Source: a virus
Lineage: Duplodnaviria > Caudoviricetes
DNA: 29,868 bases
Virus record (IMG/VR): IMGVR_UViG_3300033417_000040
Location: 1 to 29,868 of that record
Strand: one strand, 5' to 3'
The position numbers and the translations under genes are program-made. Below, piece after piece: positions 1 through 7,671 of the stretch (positions are counted from its first letter, which is position 1; the number at the start of each line of letters is the position of its first letter). The notes beneath the pieces are model-generated. The model worked only from the letters and a program-made list of their open reading frames with translations. It had not been told where the DNA came from and did no database searches.

Positions 1-574
1 GATTGACGCCGGCCATTTTGGCAATTTTACCGATCAACGATGGACTCGAACCGCCGCGCTTGCCTTTAGTCGGGCTGAATTGCCGTGCGGGAATGACCGC
101 CGAAGCTTCGGCGGTCATTAATTTATCCGGCTTATCAGACGCTTGCGATGACTTTTCCTTTTTCTGTGCCGGCTGCTGCATTTTTTTCTCGGCTTCGAGC
201 GTTTGGCGCGCCAGCGTGACGCGTTCCTTTTCCGTCAGATGGCGGCGGTTGATGTTGGCGGCGAATACGAGTTGAGCCGGCCCGAAAGATGAAATCGAGT
301 CGATCACTTCGCCCAGATGCGCAAGCAGCTTGGCATCTTCGCCGATTACGTTCACCCCGTTCGCCTCGAGCGCATCCAGGCGGTGACGGCCATCCAGCAG
401 GTAAGTCGTATTACTGGTGGCATCTAACCACAACGTCACCGGCGCGCGCAGACCGGTCTCACGCAGGCTTTTGCGCAGATCGGAGAATTCCTTCGCGCTC
501 AGACGTGGAAATATTTCGGCACAGGGGTGCACCGGATAGATGTCGCGCCATTGTTTTTTAATCTGCGTGTTCAT
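1..574 (-). CDS. ParB/Srx N-terminal domain protein (3' end runs off window)
   Basis: Manual translation from ATG 574: MNTQIKKQWRDIYPVHPCAEIFPRLS...YLLDGRHRLDALE...FAANINRRHLTEKER...IAKMAGVN. The LDGxHR and NxxRRHLT motifs are typical of phage ParB-like proteins. No stop in the window, so it is missing from the ORF track. Confidence 0.8.
   Translation of the reverse strand, partial: MNTQIKKQWRDIYPVHPCAEIFPRLSAKEFSDLRKSLRETGLRAPVTLWLDATSNTTYLLDGRHRLDALEANGVNVIGEDAKLLAHLGEVIDSISSFGPAQLVFAANINRRHLTEKERVTLARQTLEAEKKMQQPAQKKEKSSQASDKPDKLMTAEASAVIPARQFSPTKGKRGGSSPSLIGKIAKMAGVN
92..119. repeat. Perfect 28-bp palindrome inside the ParB-like gene
   Basis: AATGACCGCCGAAG|CTTCGGCGGTCATT is its own reverse complement. 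Confidence 0.9.
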
Positions 575-576
575 CG

Positions 577-888
577 CTACGGTTTTCCGTTTGGTTTGCG
601 CCAGATCGCGGCGCGGAAGGTGGCGAGCTGCGCGCGTTCGCGCAGCGCATGCGCGGCGGCGATGCTGTTGTCGCGCTCGTGTTCGTGCGCGATCGCGGCG
701 GCGAGATCGAGCCGCGTCGCGCGTTCGTTCAGCCAGACTTGCACGGCGCGAAACCAGCGAACATCGACCAGGCGATCGCCGATCCAGGTGCGCAGTCGCC
801 GCGCAACGATTCGCGGCGGATTGGCGATCCAGCCGGCGACGCCGCCGACGATGGCGAGGCTAAGCAAGTAGAGGGTGTCTGGTGTCAT
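577..888 (-). CDS. Hypothetical phage protein with N-terminal TM segment
   Basis: 103-aa ORF abutting the ParB-like gene start; hydrophobic N-terminus (LYLLSLAIVGGVAGWIA). Confidence 0.6.
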   Translation of the reverse strand: MTPDTLYLLSLAIVGGVAGWIANPPRIVARRLRTWIGDRLVDVRWFRAVQVWLNERATRLDLAAAIAHEHERDNSIAAAHALRERAQLATFRAAIWRKPNGKP

Positions 889-964
889 ATCTCGCGAATG
901 TCCAAGATTTCACTTGCCTCCAACTCTCGTGGCATCGAATGTCACGCGTACAGTACGCATACGA

Positions 965-1231
965 TTAATCCGCTTGCGATCGCAGCATGATCGGCAACGG
1001 ACCGTCGCCGGGATCCCAATCGGCCGCGATCGCATCGGCGCCGGCGCCGCGTCCCGTGTCGAGTTCGGTTTCGACGGTGTATTTCTCCGCTTCCATGGCA
1101 TGAAACACGATCCGCCCGATCTCGGCGCTGTCGCCGCGATCAGCGAGCTCGGCCAGGCGGTGCCGGTCCAACCAAGCGAGCGGCGCGCGGTAGGCGGTCG
1201 GACTTTTTTTAAGGTACTCGAGGAATGTCAC
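965..1231 (-). CDS. Hypothetical early-left protein
   Basis: GTG 1231 overlaps the TGA of the upstream gene (GTGA coupling); 88 aa, VTFLEYLKKSP... Confidence 0.55.
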   Translation of the reverse strand: MTFLEYLKKSPTAYRAPLAWLDRHRLAELADRGDSAEIGRIVFHAMEAEKYTVETELDTGRGAGADAIAADWDPGDGPLPIMLRSQAD

Positions 1232-1485
1232 GGGATCACCCGCGGGTCTGTGCCCCGCTGCGCAATGGTGCGGCGGTCGGTGTTGCGTTTCTTTTTGCGC
1301 AGCATTTCGAAGCGCGCGCCGGCGGCTTCGGTTTGGCGGGCCAGGACGCGGCGCTCGCAATCCTCGTCGTGGTGTTCGCTCTCGCGGCGCCCCATCGTTA
1401 GCAGCGCGGCGAATAACATGCCGGCGACAACGCCGATACCCATGCTGAGGTAGAGCAGCACGTAACTCGAGGCGGTGCATTCCAT
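1228..1485 (-). CDS. Small membrane protein, first gene of the left early operon
   Basis: ATG 1485 downstream of the PL-like promoter; TM segment YVLLYLSMGIGVVAGMLFAALLTMG followed by a charged tail. Confidence 0.6.
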   Translation of the reverse strand: MECTASSYVLLYLSMGIGVVAGMLFAALLTMGRRESEHHDEDCERRVLARQTEAAGARFEMLRKKKRNTDRRTIAQRGTDPRVIP

Positions 1486-1525
1486 GTTTTGGCGGGTTCC
1501 TTTGAATTTGTTGAGGCGCCACTCA

Positions 1526-1566
1526 ACCATGCACCATGGTGCATTGCATGTCAAGCACCATGGTGC
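1526..1566 (-). promoter_or_regulatory. PL-like promoter with two repressor operators (GCACCATGGTGC)
   Basis: Perfect palindromes at 1531-1542 and 1555-1566 flank a minus-strand TTGACA (1549-1554). A near-identical site occurs at 2015-2026. Confidence 0.75.
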
Positions 1567-1609
1567 ACCCACCAAGACAAAACTTGCCTGGATGCTGTGA
1601 ATCCCTAGA

Positions 1610-1966
1610 TTAGCTGCGGTATTTGGCTTCTTTCTCGGCGACGCGGTCTATATATTCGCGGCCTTTGTCCGATGATGCGGAATAATTTTTTATCAATCGG
1701 TCGAGTTTCTCAGCGGCTGCCAGATTCGTCGCTAAGTCTGGCAAGAGCAGTTCCCATCCCTGTAAGCCGAATGCCTGCGCGAGCTGCGCGGTCGTTTCGA
1801 TGGTGGGTGTACGGTCCTTGGCCAGGACGTACGCCACCATTCGTTCGGACACGCCGCTACGCTTTACCAATTCGTCCTTGGATATTTTCGTGTGGGCAAT
1901 CAAAGCCCGAAGGTTAGCGACCAGCGTGTCGTTCGGCTGGCTCTTGTGTTTCACGTAAGTGAACAT
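1610..1966 (-). CDS. CI-like XRE-family HTH repressor
   Basis: NLRALIAHTKISKDELVKRSGVSERMVAYVLAKDRTPTIETTAQLAQAFG is an XRE HTH; divergent from the Cro-like gene; no S24 peptidase domain visible. Confidence 0.85.
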   Translation of the reverse strand: MFTYVKHKSQPNDTLVANLRALIAHTKISKDELVKRSGVSERMVAYVLAKDRTPTIETTAQLAQAFGLQGWELLLPDLATNLAAAEKLDRLIKNYSASSDKGREYIDRVAEKEAKYRS

Positions 1967-2002
1967 ACCTAAGTGCCTCGGAACAGTGGTGCATTGGCGG
2001 CC

Positions 2003-2031
2003 TTGACAGAACAAGCACCATAGTGCACGCT
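2003..2031 (+). promoter_or_regulatory. PR-like promoter with operator GCACCATAGTGC
   Basis: TTGACA 2003-2008, operator 2015-2026 in the spacer, weak -10 (CACGCT) at 17 bp, just upstream of the Cro-like ATG. Confidence 0.7.
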
Positions 2032-2038
2032 TTGTGCC

Positions 2039-2245
2039 ATGTCGGATCTTCTGAAAAATACCCTTGAATTAGCGGCGAAAAGTACCCTCACAGTTGGGGA
2101 GATTTGCCGTGCTGCTGACGTAAAACCGCGCTGGTACTACCGATTTTTGGCAGGCGACTTCGCTGACGTCGGTGTGCGGCGAGTCCAGCGTTTATACAAC
2201 GTCTTAAGCCAATCGGCGCCGCGCGGGCTGAATGGATCTCGATGA
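2039..2245 (+). CDS. Cro-like HTH protein
   Basis: 68 aa, LTVGEICRAADVKPRWYYRF HTH, divergent from the repressor. Confidence 0.75.
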   Translation: MSDLLKNTLELAAKSTLTVGEICRAADVKPRWYYRFLAGDFADVGVRRVQRLYNVLSQSAPRGLNGSR

Positions 2246-2484
2246 ATTTTTATTCTCGACGGCTGCGCGCGACATCAACCCCTGGGAAGTGGAAACGTTC
2301 GCCGGCGGCATTTTGCGCGCCGGCGTTTTTTTAAATCCAACGAACCTGGAGATCAAACAATGCAATTGATTGAGGCGGGATCGACGACGCCGACACGCGG
2401 CAACGGCAAAAAAACAGATGCCGAAGAGATGGTGCTGCTGTTCGAAAATATACACTAGATCGTTGATTTGTTGTCGTCGCGGCT

Positions 2485-3303
2485 TTGGCCACACAGGTAT
2501 TGTCTGAGGTGTTCGACCACACCTGCGCGCGGGACACCGCGTGGATGGTGATGGTAGTGCTTGCCGATCATTGCGGCAAAGAGACGCGCGAGGCGCACTG
2601 CTCACTCGATTTTCTCGTACGCGCGACGCACAAGTCGGTGCGCGCGGTGCAATACGCGCTGCGCGAGCTGGAGCACGAGCTGATGGAAATATCTACAGTG
2701 CGCCGTGGCAACGGGCGAGCCAACGTCGCGATTTATAAGATCCATCATCTTCCGTTAAAGGGTGCAACCGTTGCACCCTTTACGGCAACTGAAAGGGTGC
2801 AACTAGCGACAAAAAAGGGTGCAACTAGCGACATGGAAAGGGTGCAACCATCGACAGTATCTAATTCCGTATCTTTATCCGTATATCCCTTGTTAGAGGA
2901 CGCTGACGCGTCCGCGTTCGAATCGATGTGGGCGATCTACCCGGAACGCTTCGGGAGCAATCCGAAACGCGCGGCGTGCCGATGCTGGCAAGCGCGGCGC
3001 AAAGAAGGCCACACGGCCGACGAAATTCGACAGGGTGTCGAGCGCTACCGTGCACACTGCACGGCGCGCGGTGAAATCAACACCGAGTTCGTCATGCAAG
3101 CGAAGCGATTTTTTGGTGTCGAGAAAGAATTTCTAAAGCCGTGGTCGACGAAGCGCTCGCCTGCGAAACCAAGCTCGGAGAAAATTCTTTGTGCGTGCGG
3201 TGAGCCCTATGTGGCGCGTTACGCCGGTACGCCTTGTTGCGCGCGCTGCTACCGTGACAAGGCAGCGGTGGATCTACCCGGTGCGGCGGCTACTCGCCCA
3301 TGA
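2485..3303 (+). CDS. Phage replication initiator (O-like; N-terminal wHTH)
   Basis: N-terminal VLADHC...SLDFLVRATHKSVRAVQYALRELE HTH; C-terminal FESMWAIYP...PKRAA...FVMQAKRFFG motif; internal iterons. Confidence 0.85.
   Translation: MATQVLSEVFDHTCARDTAWMVMVVLADHCGKETREAHCSLDFLVRATHKSVRAVQYALRELEHELMEISTVRRGNGRANVAIYKIHHLPLKGATVAPFTATERVQLATKKGATSDMERVQPSTVSNSVSLSVYPLLEDADASAFESMWAIYPERFGSNPKRAACRCWQARRKEGHTADEIRQGVERYRAHCTARGEINTEFVMQAKRFFGVEKEFLKPWSTKRSPAKPSSEKILCACGEPYVARYAGTPCCARCYRDKAAVDLPGAAATRP
2756..2849 (+). repeat. Replication-origin iterons (AAAGGGTGCAAC) within the initiator gene
   Basis: Inverted pair 2756-2782 (TAAAGGGTGCAAC-C-GTTGCACCCTTTA), direct repeats AAAGGGTGCAACTAGCGACA at 2792 and 2814, and a further core at 2837; lambda-like ori within the gene. 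Confidence 0.85.
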
Positions 3304-3593
3304 CGCTCTACGTCGAGAAACCGAAGCACGATCGTCGCACAACCGATGCGATCACGAAGTATTTATCCGAACATCCCGATGCCACCATGCACGAAGCAGC
3401 GATGGCGGCGCTGCGCCGGTTCAATCTCTGCTCGAAACTGCCGAACGAAAAAACGGAAAAGAATAAAAACAACGAGCGCAAGAAAACGGCGATTAAGGAT
3501 GCCCCTGCCATGAAAGCAAGCGACGAGGCCCAGCTCGCGGCGCAGGAGCAGCGCAGCGAGCGCGACGCCATCCAGGACGAAGCGGATGCGTAA
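3300..3593 (+). CDS. Hypothetical protein
   Basis: ATGA-coupled to the initiator gene; 97 aa. Confidence 0.65.
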   Translation: MTLYVEKPKHDRRTTDAITKYLSEHPDATMHEAAMAALRRFNLCSKLPNEKTEKNKNNERKKTAIKDAPAMKASDEAQLAAQEQRSERDAIQDEADA

Positions 3594-3804
3594 TCTCGAC
3601 ATTCCGTTCGGCAAAAGCCCGGAAGAAATTCTGGAGCGCAAGGAGGAGCGCAAACCGCGTCAGTACGCGATGGATATTTTTCGCAAGTTTGAATCGCACC
3701 AACGTATCGAGCAGGTTGATCGCATCGTTCCGCCGCATTTGCGGGCGATGGTTCGAGAATACTTGACCGACTGGACAACGCGGGAGAAATATATTCGTGG
3801 GTAG
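3586..3804 (+). CDS. Hypothetical protein
   Basis: 72 aa, overlaps both neighbours by 8 nt in an operon arrangement. Confidence 0.6.
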   Translation: MRNLDIPFGKSPEEILERKEERKPRQYAMDIFRKFESHQRIEQVDRIVPPHLRAMVREYLTDWTTREKYIRG

Positions 3805-4474
3805 CCTGTCGGAGTCCGTCGCGCTTGAGACAGTAAAACCGACAACCCTCGATGCGCTGGAACGATGGGCGCGCTGGCGTGTTGACGGAACGAGCGGAAC
3901 AAGCGGGCAGTACGTGGGCGGTGGCGGTGATACGTTGGCGCGGTTGCAGGAAATCAAGCGTTGCCGCATCTGCCCGCAGTGCCAAGGACTTCAGCGGATT
4001 GGTTTACGACGATGTCCAACGTGTCACGGTGTTGGCACGGTGGCGGTTGGTTCTGCGCTGAAGGAATATCATCGCGAGGTCGACTGCAAAATGTGCCGTG
4101 TAATTGTTGATGGTGAGTGGCGCTCCATAGGTGAAATCAACGGAAAGACCTGTTGGCGCTGCGGCGGTAGCGGGAAACGTATCGAGGCGGCACGATACGT
4201 GCACCCCGCGCTAATTCCAGGTACGCGCGTGTATGGTAGGCAGGAATCGGACCCTGTGTCGTCGCTAATTAATTACCAGGTGTTCCAGTGGCTGGAAGCG
4301 GATGCCACGTTCTGGATGCACCACGTGTTGATAGCGGCTTATACGCCGGACCCGCAAGGCCGACGCACCAACGAGGCCAAGGCGAGCGTAATGGGTCTCT
4401 CGCCGGCTTTTTTCTCCCGAACGCTAAAACGCGCGCGCCTAGCCATTCAGGAGTTGGTCGAAAAGCGATTTTAA
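3797..4474 (+). CDS. Late antiterminator Q-like protein with CxxCxGxG zinc-finger insert
   Basis: LERWARW N-terminal motif, Cys repeats (CPQCQG, CPTCHGVG, CKMC, CWRCGGSG) and C-terminal sigma-4-like HTH (EAKASVMGLSPAFFSRTLKRAR); lies just before the late promoter and terminator. Confidence 0.75.
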   Translation: MGSLSESVALETVKPTTLDALERWARWRVDGTSGTSGQYVGGGGDTLARLQEIKRCRICPQCQGLQRIGLRRCPTCHGVGTVAVGSALKEYHREVDCKMCRVIVDGEWRSIGEINGKTCWRCGGSGKRIEAARYVHPALIPGTRVYGRQESDPVSSLINYQVFQWLEADATFWMHHVLIAAYTPDPQGRRTNEAKASVMGLSPAFFSRTLKRARLAIQELVEKRF

Positions 4475-4483
4475 ACATCGTTA

Positions 4484-4513
4484 TTGACCTAGACGTTAAT
4501 GTTTTGGTAAAGT
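4484..4513 (+). promoter_or_regulatory. Putative late promoter (pR'-like)
   Basis: TTGACC 4484-4489, 18 bp spacer, TGn-TAAAGT extended -10 at 4505-4513. Confidence 0.6.
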
Positions 4514-4584
4514 ATTTCTAGGTTGGTCGTGCTGTCTCTACAAACCAGCTGTTGAGCGGGAGCGACCCGCTCGCACCCGACCAC

Positions 4585-4620
4585 AAAAAACCAGACTGCT
4601 TAACGCAGACTGGTTTTTTT
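4585..4620 (+). terminator. Intrinsic terminator (tR'-like, possibly bidirectional)
   Basis: A6-CCAGACTGC-TTAAC-GCAGACTGG-T7. Confidence 0.8.
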
Positions 4621-4627
4621 ATTGCCC

Positions 4628-5014
4628 ATGCCAAGCCGACCGCTCAAGCCATGCAACCATCCAGGCTGCGGTCGCCTGACCGAGCGCAAGAATTGTGCTA
4701 CGCATGAGCAACGACAGGAGTTAAGTCTAAGGCCGACCGCGCACCAGCGCCTGTACGATTACCGTTGGCAACAGGCACGCAAACGGTTCCTCGAGCAGCA
4801 CCCGTTGTGCGTCGGTGAGTGCAGTGCACATGGACGCGTGGTTCCTGCCCGTAACGTCGATCACAAGATCCCTCACAACGGCGACCCCGTGTTGTTTTGG
4901 GATGAATCGAATTGGCAGGGCTTGTGCGATAACTGTCACAACAGCATCAAACAAAAAGAAGAACATCGACTCCGCCACGCATACCGGGGGCGGTCTAAAA
5001 GTTCACATCCTTAA
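4628..5014 (+). CDS. HNH endonuclease (HK97 gp74-like packaging accessory)
   Basis: PCNHPGC...HPLCVGEC...VDHKIPHNGDPVLFWDESNWQGLCDNCHNSIK; immediately upstream of terS. Confidence 0.92.
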   Translation: MPSRPLKPCNHPGCGRLTERKNCATHEQRQELSLRPTAHQRLYDYRWQQARKRFLEQHPLCVGECSAHGRVVPARNVDHKIPHNGDPVLFWDESNWQGLCDNCHNSIKQKEEHRLRHAYRGRSKSSHP

Positions 5015-5110
5015 ATCCTCTAGACCGGTGGCCTGTGGTTTGTTCGTGGTCGGAAGTTTTGGGGGAGGGGGTATTCCCGAGTGGGAGTTAAAATTTAACA
5101 GGAAATCACG

Positions 5111-5704
5111 ATGGGCGCTAGAGGTCCGAAGCCGCTACCGAAGAACGTACATCAGTTGCGCGGGAACGCGAGCAAGCTGCCGCTGCATCGGATGGCCGAT
5201 GGCTTCGAGCCGGAGATAGATGTTCCGGGCTGTCCTGAATTTCTTTTGCCGGAAGCGCGTAAGGAATGGCGGCGTGTGTCGAAGTTACTGCGGCCGCACG
5301 GGATGATCGCGAAAGAGGATCGCGCGGCGCTGTCGCTATATACCCAGGAATGGGCTTGGTACGCGTGGTCGGATTCCATGTTTCAGCGCGATGTTGCGAA
5401 GGCGGCCGGTGATCGCGCCGCGCACGAAGCAGCCGAGGAGGCGCGCCGACTTGCCGCGGTCGAACGTGGTGAGGTTTATTCGGCGCAACCGTGGACCGGC
5501 GGCGATGGCGTGCATATCCCGACGGCGAACGGCAGCTTTACCTACAATCCGAATTGGGTGGCGCGCTGCAAACACGCCGCCGCGCTCGATAAATTTCTCG
5601 CCTCGTTCGGTTTATCGCCGAGCTCGCGCGGCCGTGTCAGTCCCAGCTCGCGCCAACCGTATCTGCCAGGATTGGAACCGAAAGGCGGTTTCGAGGCGCT
5701 GTGA
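5111..5704 (+). CDS. terS: Terminase small subunit (P27 family)
   Basis: MGARGPKP...LRGN; PEFLLPEARKEWRR; FGLSPSSRGRV motifs. Confidence 0.92.
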   Translation: MGARGPKPLPKNVHQLRGNASKLPLHRMADGFEPEIDVPGCPEFLLPEARKEWRRVSKLLRPHGMIAKEDRAALSLYTQEWAWYAWSDSMFQRDVAKAAGDRAAHEAAEEARRLAAVERGEVYSAQPWTGGDGVHIPTANGSFTYNPNWVARCKHAAALDKFLASFGLSPSSRGRVSPSSRQPYLPGLEPKGGFEAL

Positions 5705-7461
5705 AGGACTACGCAAGCATCGCGACGCAATATGCGCGCGATGTCGTCGATGGTCAGATACTTGCCTGCAAATGGGTTCGCCTGGCTTGCGCGCGCCATC
5801 TACGCGATCTCGAACGCGATGCTGCCGGTTGGCGCTACACGTGGAACCCGGAGCTAAAAACCGCCGACGAACTCGACGAACATGGGAATGTTGTCCACGA
5901 TGGTAAGCTGCACCGTCCGGCAGATCGCTGGTGCCACCTCATCGAGCTGCTACCGCATATCAAAGGCGAGTGGGCGGCACGCCGTGAACGGATTCGCCTC
6001 GAGCCGTGGGAAGTTTTTTTCGTCGCATCTATATTTGGCTGGATCGATCGCGAGACGAATCGGCGCCGAATTCGTGTAGCCGATCTTTTTGTACCGCGTA
6101 AAAATTCGAAATCCACTCTCGCCGCCGCGATCGGCCTTGGCATGCTCACGATCGACGGCGAATTCGGCGCCGAGGTCTACACCGGCGCGACGTCGGAAGG
6201 GCAAGCGCGCGAAGTGTTCGATCCGGCCCGTCTCATGGCCGAGCAATCTCCGGACTTCCGTTCGCTGTTCGGCGTGCTCGTACGCGCATCGTCGATTACG
6301 ATACCGTCGAAAAATTGCAAGTTCGAGCCGATTATCGGAAAGCCCGGAGATGGCGCGTCTCCGTCTTGCGCGATCATCGATGAGTACCACGAGCATCCGA
6401 CGGAAGATTTGTACGACACCATGCGCACCGGCATGGGCGCGCGTGCCCAGGCTTTGACGCTGGTCATTACCACTGCCGGCGACGACATCGCCGGACCGTG
6501 TTACACGCATCAAGAAGAGTTGCAGCAGATCCTCGAAGGCGTGATCGAGGATGAACAGCGTTTCGGCGTTATCTATACGCTCGATGTCGACGACGATGGC
6601 AAGTTGGAGGACTGGACCACGCCCGAGGCGTTGGTCAAAGCGAACCCAAATTTCAACGTATCCATTGACGCGGAATTCTTACTGACCCAGCAGCGCGATG
6701 CGATTCGCGATCCACGCAAGCAGGCGACGTTTCAAACGAAGCACCTGAATATCTGGGTGCAAAGTTCCAGCCCGTGGCTGAATTTACATGCATGGAAGGG
6801 TCTCGCCGATAAGACGCTCAAGATCGATGACTTCGTCGTTGCGGATGATTGCATGGAAGGTTTGGATCTTGCGAACGTCACCGACATCGCGAGCAACTGT
6901 CAACTGTTCACGCGCGAGCTCGCCGACGGTACGCACTACTATGCGTTTTGGCGCCACTATCTGCCGGCGGAAATTATCGACGATCCCGAGAACAAACATT
7001 ATCAAGGCTGGAAGCGCGACGGCTGGCTGATCGAAACGCCGGGCAGCATGATAGATCAGGATCGCATCGAGCGCGATATTCTCGGTGACCGTGATCGATT
7101 TCGATTGAAGGAAGTCGGTATCGACAATTGGGGTTCCCCAGGTATTGCCGCCGCGCTTGAGAATGCGCATGTGACCGTGGTGCGTATCCCGCAAAATGTG
7201 GCGCACCTATCCGCACCGATGAAGTTCATCGATGGTCTGGTTAGATCCAGCCGGTTGCACCACAACGGCGACCCGGTCGCGACTTGGGGCATCAGCAACG
7301 TGCAGGTCAAACCGGACCATAACGAAAACTGGTTTCCTCGGCGCGGACTGCGGAAGAAGAAAATTGATCCGGCGGTCGCGCTGATTCTCGCGATGGCGCG
7401 CGCAATGGTGGATGAAAATAAACCAAGCGTTTACTCGACCAGAGGAATCCTGCGAGCATGA
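5701..7461 (+). CDS. terL: Terminase large subunit
   Basis: Walker A VPRKNSKST, Walker B IIDEYHEH, ITTAG coupling motif, nuclease GLDLA and KIDPAVA. Confidence 0.97.
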   Translation: MKDYASIATQYARDVVDGQILACKWVRLACARHLRDLERDAAGWRYTWNPELKTADELDEHGNVVHDGKLHRPADRWCHLIELLPHIKGEWAARRERIRLEPWEVFFVASIFGWIDRETNRRRIRVADLFVPRKNSKSTLAAAIGLGMLTIDGEFGAEVYTGATSEGQAREVFDPARLMAEQSPDFRSLFGVLVRASSITIPSKNCKFEPIIGKPGDGASPSCAIIDEYHEHPTEDLYDTMRTGMGARAQALTLVITTAGDDIAGPCYTHQEELQQILEGVIEDEQRFGVIYTLDVDDDGKLEDWTTPEALVKANPNFNVSIDAEFLLTQQRDAIRDPRKQATFQTKHLNIWVQSSSPWLNLHAWKGLADKTLKIDDFVVADDCMEGLDLANVTDIASNCQLFTRELADGTHYYAFWRHYLPAEIIDDPENKHYQGWKRDGWLIETPGSMIDQDRIERDILGDRDRFRLKEVGIDNWGSPGIAAALENAHVTVVRIPQNVAHLSAPMKFIDGLVRSSRLHHNGDPVATWGISNVQVKPDHNENWFPRRGLRKKKIDPAVALILAMARAMVDENKPSVYSTRGILRA

Positions 7462-7667
7462 GTGAAAAATCGAGCGCCGTGAAAAGCCGGTGGGTGCGCG
7501 CGATCGCGGCGGTGGATCGCAACGACCTCGCTGGCCTGCTCGGCGCGGCGCTCGTTACCGGTGGGCTATGGGAAATGCATCCGCCGACCGCGATGATCGT
7601 GCTGGGCGTATTATTGCTCGCGCTCGCCGTGGTCGGCGCCCGCAACGGCAACGCTTCCAAGTCGTAA
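7458..7667 (+). CDS. Small two-TM membrane protein between terL and portal
   Basis: 69 aa, two hydrophobic helices; a common position in HK97-like phages. Confidence 0.7.
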   Translation: MSEKSSAVKSRWVRAIAAVDRNDLAGLLGAALVTGGLWEMHPPTAMIVLGVLLLALAVVGARNGNASKS

Positions 7668-7671
7668 TTCC

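Noticed and set aside
2232-2460. Two very short ORFs between Cro and the initiator (possible CII position)
   Set aside because: About 45 and 32 aa with no recognisable motif; not enough support to call.
4985-5110. cos site between HNH and terS
   Set aside because: The position and G-runs are suggestive, but the cohesive end cannot be defined from the sequence alone.
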